Under the pieces are notes generated by a model. It was not told where the DNA came from and made no database searches. It saw only the letters and a program-made list of their open reading frames with translations. Positions 1 to 48,019 of a DNA stretch of 64,000 nucleotides are shown piece after piece; position 1 is the stretch's first letter; each line of letters starts with the position of its first letter. The DNA lies in NCBI GenBank assembly GCA_965153285.1, contig OZ229111.1. One strand, given 5' to 3'. This DNA comes from Podarcis tiliguerta. Its lineage: Eukaryota. The translations under genes and the position numbers were made by a program.

Positions 1-37
1 ATATTACCATAGGTCTCTGATGCAGTCTGGGGTTTTG

Positions 38-90
38 TTTATATATATATAGATAGATATAGATATAGATATAGATATAGATAGATAGAT
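38..90. repeat. (TA)n/(TAGATA)n/(TAGA)n microsatellite
   Basis: Directly visible. Confidence 0.9.
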
Positions 91-1981
91 AATATCCTGG
101 ATCAGTTTTGAAAGAGGAATACATTAACTGGGAGATGTAAGCTGCCAAGGGTGTGGCTGCCCCTTTAACAAGCACCATCAAAAATGATTGCATTGATGAT
201 TTGTTATAAGTCCACTTGCACTGAGGCCTGCAGGGCCCCCGTTGTTATATTATTCCCTGTGTGTTCTACTCCTTGGCAGGAGTGTGTTCAGAATAATAAT
301 TGTAGGTTTTCTCAGGATAGGTTTCCTAAGTGAAAACTTTGTTTTAACAAATATAGATTTACTGAAACTAGTGGCTGAAAGTTAACTGCAAATGTCAGCA
401 AATATTTTATCACAGGGGGTTTCTCTAACAAGCTACATCTTGCAAAATAAAGGAAAAATTGAGTTTTTGTCTTTGAACCTAAGTTGTACTTGTAGATCCA
501 TGATTGTGGGCTTTAAGATTATTGGTGTAATTTCACTTGGGGAAACTCTTACATTTCATCTCTCAGCTATTTTAACTCCAGCCAAAGTCTGAATTTCAGC
601 ATTGTCTTGGACCAGTTTCCATGTTACATATGAGAGAATGTATGATCCGCCTGATTGACTGAACTTCTTGAACTAAGGGCAATACCAGCTGGTAGTTTTC
701 ACCTAGCTTGGCACTGTATTGTATTGTATTTAATATTCATTCATTCATTCATTCATTCAATAAATATATCTCTTTGGAGAAGAGTCACACAAAGTGGTTT
801 ACAAAAGATTATGACAACAAACAGTAATGATACAACAAGCAGCAATGATACAAAAAGTTGCAATAGTATGGATACAATAAAAATAGAGTATAATATAACA
901 GATAATTTTTCTCTCTCCTCTTTTTCCTCCTCCTTCTTCTCCTTCCCAGATGGCAGATTCCTGGTCTTCTGGCTTGACATAATAATAATTGACACTGTAT
1001 CTGGTGTTGCTGTCTTTACCATTGTTCTTTATATCCTGTCTTTAGGGATACAAATCATTTCAGGGTAACTTATGCATACAACCACCAGGAATACACAAAG
1101 AAATGCAAAGAAGAGTCATTATTTCCCCCCTCTTACCATCATACTCACTATGGAAGGTCATCCACATGCAGGCTGTACAGTTCTGTCAGCCCTGCAGATA
1201 TGTAGAACAGCAGCATGGGCTGAAATTCCCTCATCTTGGCCAGCTTCTGGAGATGAGAACAGTTGAAGCAGTCCACCCAATCTTCAACATTAAAGCCATA
1301 TGAACCTGTCATTCCGTGAGAAATTCTGAAGGCTGGTTCTTTCTTTGTGTGATCCTGGTGGAATCAAAAGGGCAACCTGGGGAGAAGCTATTCACTGTGA
1401 TTATGCACTGGTGAACTGACCGTATTTCTAATGCCAATTTGCTGATCCCCAGCTGCCTTTCAGTCCTGCATATAGGAAAAAGAATTGTTTTAGAGCTGTT
1501 TGCTCTCTTTCTTTCTCTCTTTCTGTTTTAAACACAGTCCACCTGCACCTCTAGCATGATGGAGAAATCTGTAGAGAACATTACAACCAAGTAACGGCTC
1601 AATAGATTGATTTATTTCATCCCTCTCTGTTGAGTAGGATTTTTAAGTCACTCTGGAAATCTCATTTGACTGAAACTTGGAGAGCTGTAAAACAGCAACA
1701 CTCCTTGTATACAGATATGTTTTAATATAGCTGCTTGAATGATTGCCATAGATTTCACATTAAAAAGAAACCTAATCAAGTAGCTGTGTCCACACATTGC
1801 AGTTCAGCATACAGTACCTGGTAGTAAGGAAATTTCTTTAGGATCTCTCCCCAAATCACAATGGTAAGGGGTGATAACAAAACGTTTATGAAGAAAATCT
1901 TCATAGCTATTTGCAAATGCATTTTCAAATTATAGAAATGTAATTTCCTAAGTTTCTATGGGTTATTCTTGCTCAGTCTAA

Positions 1982-2159
1982 AAGAAGCTGCCTCATACTA
2001 GATAGCTGCTGGTCCATCTAGTTCAGTCTTATGTACACTGACTGGCAACAGTCCTCCAGGATTTCAGAGGAGCCTTTTCCCAGCCCTATCTGGATATTGA
2101 ATCCTATGATCTTCTGTATGCACACTATAACCCCTAGCACTCAGCTATGGGCCTTCCCC
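1982..2159 (-). mobile_element. tRNA-derived squamate SINE (Squam3-like), diverged; related copies at ~18432-18615 (+) and ~45318-45485 (-)
   Basis: Minus strand GGGAAGGCCCATAGCTGAGTG (A-box)...GGATTCAATATCC (B-box)...CCAGTCAGTGTACATAAGACTGAACTAGATGGACC...GGCAGCTTC; family name from memory. Confidence 0.65.
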
Positions 2160-3141
2160 AAAAGAGTAGTATGGAAACAAGATCTTTAGGTGGGTCTGGG
2201 CACTCTTGCTTTTTGCTAAGGGGTTGTCTTTAGTGTTCCTGCATCTTCTAGACTGTCAAAGACATGCATGGTTGTGTCTTCTGTGCTGCTTGCTTATATT
2301 CATGCATCTTTCTTTGTCCATTGACTTAGAGATGATGTGATTTTACCTTGTATTTAATTATGCTGGCACCTCAGGGAATCTTTTGGCACAAAAGCAGCTA
2401 ATTTTCCTCTCTGTATTCAAGAGCATTGACTGCTCCAAGTCTAAAACGTATTGATTTCTTGAGCCCACATTTAACTCGCTGTTATTTAAACGAAGTCAAG
2501 CAGAAAGGTCTTGTGAGGGAAATTTCGAAGGCAATATGAAAATGTTGGGGGTGGAGGCTTAATTTGTGCCGGGGCTCAGCCCTGCCATTTATTTGCAGTG
2601 CCAGGACATAACTTTTGAATGCATTGACTAGGAATAGATGGAGGTCCCCTTGAGCGGGTGTCAAGTGCATTTCCTTTGTAACCCCAGGGAGCCTCCACAC
2701 ATTAGGGGTTAAGGGAAGGAGGAATTCAGAACTAGAGAGTGGTGTTTCTAGACAGCCTTGAGCCCTTGTAACTAGAGGTTAGAGTTCTAGCTAGAAGGCA
2801 TTGAATAAAGGGCTTGGGAGTGCCTTCTCTTTTTGTTTGCTACCAGTTGTGCGTCTCTCTGCTACCTTCCTTGTTTCCCACTTCTTGTCCAACACAGTTG
2901 CTGTTTTCATTTTCATACTTTTGTTTGTATTTCATGTGTCCTTGAATAAGCCTTATTGTTGGACTCCTCCCCCCCCCACACACACACGAGAAAAGGGAGG
3001 GGGGTTCCATGTCTAGAAGAATTATGGAAATGAAACTTTGGCCACATGTCCTATTAATAGTCCAACATACCCAGAATAGCTTAAACCTTAAGATATTTTG
3101 CTGTGCAAGCACGACACTACTAACCCCAGTTCTTGACTTAG

Positions 3142-39246
<36,105 letters not shown>

Positions 39247-40096
39247 AATCAGTTTAGCTTCTGCTGAGGTCTTGCTGTCCAAGGGCCAGGCGTCTACTTT
39301 ATCTACTTCATGGAGCTCAACAAATCAAACTGCACACTGCTATCAAGACAAGGCAGACAGCTTCCCTTGCTATGGGCTCTCCAAACCAGAAGCTGAGTGT
39401 CTCCTTCCACCATAAGGAGTTAGGGCCTAGTCTCTTGCAGCAGTGCATAAGGCGCAATTTCCCATTTTATGCCTTTTCTGGTGTTTTAAAAAAGCAGGAA
39501 AGAAGGTGTGTTTTCCCCTCAAAGGGAACAAGAATGAAGAAAGGTCATATTTTCTTTATGTAGCTTTTCTGTGGCAGGATGTAGGGTTTTATGATTATTG
39601 GGCTCAGTCAACTGCCTGTAGGAAAGTGATAAGGTTTTTATTAAGTGTTTATTAGGTGGATGGCTGCATATTTTAATAGATGTTTCAAAGAGATGGTCCG
39701 AAACTAAAATTGTGCAAATGGACAACAAGAGAGTCCAATGTCAACACCAGCTTTTTCTGCACCAGCAACTACTCTGATCTAAAGCTTATATTTAGTACAC
39801 CAGCTCAAAATATACAAAGAATTATTATTTGCCATGGATTCCCCCCCTCCACACACTATTGGCACTATATATGTAGCGTTCAAGGGCAAATGGATGTGGT
39901 GAGTGTGTGATCTTAGAGTTGCTATGTGAATCAGAATTGAATTGTTGGCAAGTAGGTACGAACAAAGATATAAGTTGCTAAAATCTTCTAAGGGGATGTG
40001 GTTAGATAGAACTCACCAGCAAGTACAACTGACAACTCTAACTGGGGGGGATGGGGCTGAACTTAAAACATTGTTGTTTTTGTTTTTTAAAAATGA

Positions 40097-40102
40097 AATA
40101 AA
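40097..40102 (+). terminator. Candidate STK32A polyadenylation signal (AATAAA)
   Basis: First AATAAA I found after the STK32A stop (~850 nt), preceded by a T-rich tract; usage not verified. Confidence 0.45.
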
Positions 40103-40557
40103 GGCTGCATAATCAGGAATAGCATTCAGCAAAGGTTGATGCCCCCTAAAATCAATATGACAGCACATCACACTTAACTGTATGAAGCCTATTACCTTTG
40201 TAGCCTTAGGTTGCTATTTGACACTGTATGCACTCAGATCTGCTAGGAGCTGCCAAAGGGGAATGAGCAAGTGAGGTGGAGCGAGCGTGCAAAGCATAAC
40301 AGTTACATAAGCCTCCATTTTGGGCAATATTAAGAATAGTTCTTTAAGGAAAACCAATATTGTATGTATCGAAAATTCACTAGATTTTTGCTCTGTCCTG
40401 CTTCAGGACTCTAGCCATCTTCTCGCCATGTTATCTTCTCTCCATGTTTCCGCTGGAACGCAGCTGGCCAAGTGATATCACCGATGTGAAAGTCAAGCCC
40501 ATAGTTTGCAACCGGGAGTCAAAATGAGCCGAGTGATTATTCCACCACTCTTGCGGC

Positions 40558-40592
40558 CAACTGCCCCCTGGTGGCCTTTCATTTTCGTGCAC
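40558..40592 (-). promoter_or_regulatory. Predicted CTCF binding site with upstream module
   Basis: Minus strand TGCAcgaaaatgaaaGGCCACCAGGGGGCAGTTG: near-consensus core, TGCA 13 nt before CCAC, in a CpG-retaining non-repeat stretch. Confidence 0.7.
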
Positions 40593-40694
40593 ACTCGTGT
40601 ACAAAAATGTTTTTAAAAGAAAAGCAGCAAAGAAAAAGAAAGTCTGCAAGGAATAGACACAACCCAGCTGTAAGTTCAGTACTTTTCAATGCCA

Positions 40695-40700
40695 TTTATT
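40695..40700 (-). terminator. Candidate distal DPYSL3 polyadenylation signal
   Basis: Minus strand AATAAAtggcattgaaaagtactgaacttaCAgctgggttgtgtctattccttgcagactttctttttcttt: hexamer, CA, then GU-rich and U-rich downstream elements. Confidence 0.5.
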
Positions 40701-43700
40701 TCAAAATTAGAGTGAGACATTGGCTAGACTGTGCCCAGCATCTTGGGTTTTAATCACCGTATTGAAGCAAGGCAGACAGACACTTCATACATTTGGCTAA
40801 CTGAGCAAGCAATCCCGTCTTCGCTTTATAGGCTCACTGGGCTGCTTTCACATACGAGAAGCTGCTTTCTATTAATATCTGGTTTCTCTTGCACTCAAGG
40901 AAAGCCACTGCCTTGTGGGGAGAGGACCATTCATCTGGAATAAGTAGTTTATCTGCATGCACAAAGAAAGACGGGCTGCTTAAGCCCATCTATTTCTTCA
41001 GGCAGCTTAAGCTAAAATTGCTGCCTTGGATGCTGAAATCGATAAAATGTTCTCTAAGGCCCTCTAGCTACATCCTTTTTATGTGTACTTCCTGCAAAAA
41101 TAATAATAATAACCCGCAATTTATTTTTCAACAAAACACTTTGGCTTCTTTCTGCCAAAGAAAACCGCCCAGGTAGCAGCTGGCTGTGACCCAGCTCTCC
41201 GCTGCTCTTAAAGGTGAAAGGCCAGTAGCTGTCTTTGGAAAAAATATTTCCAAAATGAAATATATGTGGCATGGAATTCTCCCAAAACCAGAGTCGAAGC
41301 GCGTTCCAAAGTAGTTGGGATCAGAGCGTTGCCTTGTGTGCCTGTTGGGATCATTGCTTTCAATAAGAAGCAGTGTCTTTGTAGTGACACTCATCCTGCG
41401 TTGGAGACGGCACACTAGTCTCTCCTTGGCTTTTATCAATTTCTCTTCTGTAGACCAGGCATGAATGCAGTTGTATAATGTTAATCACTAGATACCTAAG
41501 CTCAGCATTACCCAACGCAAAAGGTGATCACAAACTACCCTTCCTTTGGCCATGGTGCATTAAGCATAATAGATGCCAACATTCTGATTAAGCTCTAAGA
41601 CTGGCCTTACTGTGCTCTGCCTGGGCTGTACAGCTGAGATGGCTAACTGGGGGCTCCCAGGCTCCAGCTCTCCCTGTCATCATTCTGCCTGGCCTGCTGC
41701 ACCAGGCTGAATGGTCAGGGCATTGCTTCTCAACTGGGAGGAGCCCATGTCACTGTATAGTATCAAGGAAAATCCACAAAACCCTTTAACACAGCTTTGG
41801 TCCAACTTTCCACTATTCACACCATATTGAATTTAAGTCTTACTGCTATGCTAGCACAATCTTCACGCCAGTCCCATTGGCTTGATATCTCAGCTGCATG
41901 TAAAGCCTAGAAGTAAATTGGGATTGTTGCAGCACCAGGGAATAGCCTTGTTGAGATGTGTTGCTTTTTTAAGGCTGAATGCGAGCTACTAGGCCTGATT
42001 TGTACAATGTAGAACAGTCAGCCTCAAAAGACTGATATTACTAGTGATGTCATTGGCACTACCCAATTGGTGCCCAAAAAACTCAATGATAAGCTGTGAA
42101 ACACCCACTTTTAAAGCAGGTTTGTGAGTTATGGGGCAAGACACCATTTTTTAAATTCTTATTTTTTTAGAATATCAAACTGTGGGCTTAGGGTCAAACA
42201 GGATGATATAGTAAATGCATTAGCCTATTTCTGTAGGTATACTTCCCCATCAACACCCACACACATCTTGATTGGAACTATGGAACTCAACCCTGTCCCA
42301 TTTCCCCCAAAAATGTTCCCCTGAAGTTGCTATTTATGCTATAGCCTCTCATTCAGAAAAACTGCACTAGGCGAGAGGGTTAAAACTCCCTTCCTCCAGG
42401 GTGGTTGTTTTTTTTGAATTAAAGATAGTGAGAAGCAACAGTGCATTAAGCATACTATCCTATTTGATGCTCTGTTGGTAAATGTGTTTTGCAGCAACAG
42501 AATCAGTAGCTGACAACTGTGTTTGTGGTAGAATAAAACTTTTGTGGGCAGGAGTGCCTTATGTCTAATTTGAATCCCAGAGTATGCCACAACTTGTGAG
42601 GTATTGCACTATTTTAAAACTCTAAAAGACAACACTTTGGATTGAGCTGCTGGCTATTTCAGAACTACCACTTTAGGGCCAAGCAGCAGCAATAATTGTT
42701 TTTTTTTTTTGCATTCCAGAGGTAGCCAACATGGTGCCCTTTAGATGTTGTTTGACCAGCCCCAGCCAGCATGACCAAGTTATGCGTCCAGCAACATCTG
42801 AAGAGCACTGTGTAGGCTACCCTTGCTCGGTGCAGTTTTGATCTCTTGTCACTTTCAAGCAATAACCTTCCCATGAAAAGTTTAACAGGTAAACAGTTGT
42901 TCAACATGCCACAGTAAAATGGCCGTCTATGAACTGTCTGCCCTGGATAGCTTTCTGCACAGCGATAAATAGGAGGCATTAAATCTGGTGATAGTCACAT
43001 ATCTAACAATTGTAAGCAATTGGGTTTTAGGCTTCATCCTTTTGTCTTGCATAGAAATGGGCTGCGAAGACAGCTTGCTCATTATCAATGTTAACAGGTT
43101 AGTAATTATGTCAGGTTTAATGAAAATACACAAGTGGTATTTCTGGCACTTTTCTTCTCTTCCATTTTATAAACATGGTCTATTAAACTTTCTATAAGAC
43201 TCTTAATACTGCCTTGACTCTTTTTTACCCTTGCATTTTAAAAAAAATTAAATACTTGTGTTAATTTATTAAATGTTCATGTTTAAAAAGTCTGTTGGAT
43301 AGGTAAGAGAGACTTGTCCCATTCAATAAATTTGTAGGTTTGCGGAGTCTGTTTTGATGAGATAGCTAAGGGGATAAGGTGTGACCAAGAGAGGATGTCA
43401 TATAGCCATGGATCTTCTAAGGCAAGCCAGAACGTGAATAGCAGCAAACCTGCTTAGTTGTATTATAAAGGTGAGACCCGACTCTCTGCCGAACCATCTT
43501 AGCACTAGTCATTCTCCTCTCCTGCATTCCCTTCCATGGCCAACTCCTGCTTGCTATCTTCTTAATTTAATGAGGGTTGTGATCAGACACCAGGGTTCCT
43601 GTCCTATGTTCTACACTGCACCTTTGGACAGTGGCAGAATTAAATGTTGCTCAATAAACTGTGAATTGGAACTTTTGGCAATAGAACTTCATTTTTAAAA

Positions 43701-46694
43701 TGAAATTAATTTACATTGTAATTGCCACATTATAATTTACTTATTTTTATTTATAAAATCTCTATACCACCCTTCATGTGACAGTCACAGGGCAGTTTAC
43801 CATATTAAAATACAGAACATAGTAACAAATGAAAACAATAACCCCGACTAAAAGGCCCTAGATTGTTTGCCTGGCACCTTTCTAAACTAACTGTATATAC
43901 AATCCATGCTCTCGAACAGCCCCGAATCTTTTCACTGCAGTTTGCAAAGAACATCCAGCTAGGCTGTCCCCAACATTTGTAATATACTCACTTGTATGTG
44001 AAAGTTTAAGTATCATTGTAGTAAAGAGACTCTGTAGGGGAGCTTCTGTGGGAATCTGATCTTTCACACACACCCTTTCTGGCCACTTTTCATTTTATTT
44101 GAAGCTTAGATAAAATTCTCACAAATATGATCTTTCCGTTTTTTTCTACTCTTTTACGCAGTTGTAAAACAACTCTCAGAAAGGAATAGAATGTTCCTAA
44201 CCTTCCAATTCCAAGTACTTAAGGTGAAATTGATGTGTTGGGGAGATCACACATCTGATTGATTTTCACTGCTGGCCGGAGCTCCATTGAGCTCCAGTTA
44301 ATAACAGTTTTATGTATTTTTCAAAGCTTGATGACATCCTTTTTTATATCCCAGATTGCAGAAACTTACCTCAAATCGCGAAGGCAGGAAAAAGTCTCAA
44401 CCAATCTGTTATGTTAAAAAGTCATCGAGTTTGTTAACTGACAATTGCAAACAGCAACCAAGATATCCATGTTGTGTTAAAACGTTTGTTAGCAAGAATT
44501 AGAGGCTGTTTGTCAGTTTCTGGACTGATCCACACCTGCATATAGATCACCTGCTCTCAGGCTGACTTGTCACAATGGCCATCCTTGACTAGCTCATTGA
44601 TTTTCTGAAATTTTCATCAGCTGAATCTATTCTTGTGAATTACAGAAGGTTCAATTCATATCTGATGTGTATTAGGTCTGTGCTGTCATCCACAGAGCAC
44701 AGTAGAATGTGGCCAGAAGTGGCATTAGTCTCATTTGAACAGGTAACTTATTGCAGTAAGTAAGGTATGCTCTGTGATGCTGATGGTTTGATGTTAGGGG
44801 GATGCCGCAAATGAAGATGTACAGCTGTCATTTCACAAGTCTTCCATGAATCACATTTAGAAGCATATTAATGCCGGTCTGTGAAAATGCACGTTTACCC
44901 CTCTTCCATTAAAGCTAGTAAGAATTGCCAATTGCAAGGCAGGTGCTTGGACATGATCAAGTTCAATTCTAGAAAATATTAAATAAGAAATATAAAAAAG
45001 CAGCCTGCAGAATCAAAATGTGTACAAAACCTACATTGTACGAGCATGAAGTGGCTGCCAGTATGTAGTTTTCCACTTGTGAAAAGTCCATTGTTGACAC
45101 AGAAAGGAGTATGCTCTCATCTGTGTTGCAGAAACAACTGACTCCCATCTCTCATCACATTTCTTCCTCTTAAAACACACAATCTGATTTCTGAGAACAA
45201 GCAAGTGTGCAGTTTTGTCTTCCATAGTGTCTTACACAAACCACAGCTCAACAGTATGTGTTCCATTATTTGTAGTTTGGCCCCATCTTGTGGCAACTTG
45301 GGAATAATACAACTATTGTAGGAACACTGTAAGCTGTCTTTTATTGAGAGTATTGGTCCATCTGGCTCAATATTGTCTCTACGTTGACAGACAGTAGCTC
45401 CCCTGTTCTGGATAGACCTTTTCTAGTCCTACCTGGAGATACCAGGGATAGAATGGGATGTTTTGCAGGCAAAGTATGTGCTAGTAGACCACAGATGTCA
45501 CTGGTGAAGTCAGCTTGCCAACCAAGAAAAAATGGAAAGTGACTGAGATTCTATATTATATTCAGAAGTACAGAAGGAAAGGTTACTCCAGTATACCAAA
45601 GATATGGCAAAATAGGGATGTGACTGACAGCATATACATACTTGTGCACCTTAGGCAATGTTTCCTCCAGGAACCAGAGAAGCAAACCAAGCAGACTGGG
45701 CACATAGATGACAGAGGCCTCTTCCAATGTTGTTATACTAGCTACAGTACTTTACCTTAACAACACTCTTATGTTCCATCTTCACCATGCCCAATGTCAG
45801 GCAACAAAATTATCCATTTAAGTCATGTGGAACAAGGACATGACTAAGAGACTCAAAACCTACATTATTGTCTTGCTCTTTGCAAAGGACGTTTTTAGCA
45901 TCATAGTTCATTTGTGGAACTGCAAGGAGGAAGGATAGGGGAGATTATTCTATCTGGCAAGCTGAGATGCTTGTGCTGATGGACTAAATGTTAATAGGGC
46001 AAGGTGAATTTCATCAAGTGTATTTAGTTCTCCTAAAACAAGGCAGCTTCCACATTTTAAGTCTAACAGCTAACTTTGTGTGAAGTTTATCTGTTTAAAT
46101 CACAAAACTGCTCCTTGTCATTTTCTACTGTGGGCAGTCCAAAAGCTGATAGGTAAACCTATTGTGTTGGGCCTCCTTTATTTTACAAGCACATTTCTTG
46201 TTTCTTGCACAGGCAGTGTTATCAACTGTTGTGGAAAGACAGGGTCTCAGCTGGTTTGATCCAACATAACTTAATGTTCATGATTATTGCAGCTGAAACT
46301 GAAGGAAGCTTGAGGCCACTTCTCTGACATAGATGCTGTGTTTGTTTATACCTGACTGAAATCTACCAGACACATATTAATGTTTGACAAGGCACTTTTT
46401 AATAGAGAAAGTGATATTGTCAAAAGGTATTTTGGTGTAAATACGGATAAAATCAGCAGTATTCTATGGTCTGTTTGGTGCTTGTGTACTGAACTGAAAG
46501 CAAATTAAGTAGATGCTTTATAAATACACTTTTTCATGGGCAACTACCAGTGTGTGGAATGCAGAGCCCATGCAGATCCCTGTTGCCAACCCATGGTACT
46601 GAACGGCACTGAAGAGTGGGGCATGCAGAATGTGAGGAACACTGAGAAGAGCTTCGCCTATCTTCAGAGTGGTCATGCAGGCATGCCACTAACA

Positions 46695-46985
46695 CGAACC
46701 TGGAGGGTGGCAACGGGCCTCTTCCGTGGTGGCTCTCCCCAGGGAGGTTTCGCTGGCGCCTTCATTATACACCTTTGGGTGCCAGGAGAAAACATTCCAC
46801 TTCAACCAGGCCTTTGGCTGACTAACATCCTAAATCCTTTTAAATGTGTTTGTGGCAGGGGGTTGGGGGGTTTATTGGTTTGTTTTGCTTTTATTATGTA
46901 TTTTGTGTTTTTATCTTGTATTTTTATGCTGTGAACCACTCTGAGATCTACAGATGAAGGGCAGTATATAAATCCAATCAATCAA
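46695..46985 (+). mobile_element. L2-like LINE 3' end (similar tails near 15250-15445, 50170-50465, 51560-51960; reverse copy ~51150-51470)
   Basis: GGCCTCTTCCGTGGTGGC...CTGGCGCCTTCATTATA...CAGGCCTTTGGCTGA, T-rich tract, TGTGAACCACTCTGAG...GAAGGGCAGTATATAAAT, (CAAT)n. Confidence 0.6.
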
Positions 46986-47273
46986 CAGAGCCACAGAGAT
47001 TCAAAAAGCCCGTAATGATTACAGAGCAGAATGGAAATCAGTCACAGCCCTCATGAGAGGAGATGCTACAACTTCCAGTTCACTAATCAGTTTGTGTGAT
47101 ATGAAAGAATGAGGATTTGGCAAGAAGTTCAGTCCTGTACAAACTGGGCGTAGCGGGTGATATCCTTTCCCCTACCCCCACCCCAAGAACTTGAAATTAA
47201 TTGTGAGGGAGGAAGAAACTGTTACTTTGCCTCGACAAGCCAAGGAGGGGGGAAAAACCATGCCTTTCCATTT

Positions 47274-47279
47274 TTTATT
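47274..47279 (-). terminator. Candidate proximal DPYSL3 polyadenylation signal
   Basis: Minus strand TGTAcattttattgAATAAAaaatggaaaggcatggtttttcc: UGUA upstream and U-rich downstream, ~650 nt after the stop. Confidence 0.55.
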
Positions 47280-47930
47280 CAATAAAATGTACAAAGTAAT
47301 AAAATCTCTAACAGGAAGGTGATACAACAGAGCCATTACAAAGATGGCTGAATTTTCCAATGGCCTCATGTAGTGCTCTGAGGCAACTATGTCTTGTCTG
47401 AATTTAGTGGAAACAGAAGAACATGGACACAATACACAGATCTACTTGGTCTGCCCCCCGTCCACCTCCCACTACCCTGCCCCACCACCTTCTGCCCCAC
47501 CCTTCCCCAACACTAAAACTCCTTGGTTGATTCTGCCCAAGTAAACTGGCTAAATAAACAGCTCATGTCATTAGTTTCCCATCTTTAATCCAATCCCCTT
47601 CTTACAATGTGTTATCACACAAGCACTCACCATGTACAATTACATACTCTTAACTTAGTCACCTGTCAGATTTGCATGCATGTAAAAAAAAATGGGGGGA
47701 TATTAAGGCTATGAATAAACAGAAAAGAAAACCCGCAATATTTTTTAAAGCTAGGTAGCGAGTAGCATTTATGAAACATAAGGCTTGAGGCTTATTGATT
47801 CTTCAAAATCTGAACACTTCTTCAGGTTGCTCTTTCCTTCTTAAATATCAAGGTACCATTGCTTAGTTTTCTCAAATAACAGTTTCCCCCTTCCCTTCCC
47901 CCCCTTCTCCCCTCCCTGAGTACTGGGTGC

Positions 47931-48019
47931 TTAACTCAGAGATGTTATATTGGAGCGGCCTCCTGGAGGTGCTACAATGCGCTTGCTTGCTGCGCGAACA
48001 CCTTCATCAATTTGGGTAC
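47931..48019 (-). CDS. DPYSL3: DPYSL3 last coding exon: [29 protein letters not shown]
   Basis: ccctgcag|GT ACC...CTG AGT TAA. Confidence 0.96.

Noticed and set aside
655-1068. 137-aa ORF with hydrophobic segments
   Set aside because: It spans an (ATTC)n repeat, an A-rich LINE-like tail and a CT tract, so it is a low-complexity artefact.
40302-40310. Perfect PAR-bZIP D-box GTTACATAA
   Set aside because: A single AT-rich 9-mer is expected by chance in 64 kb.
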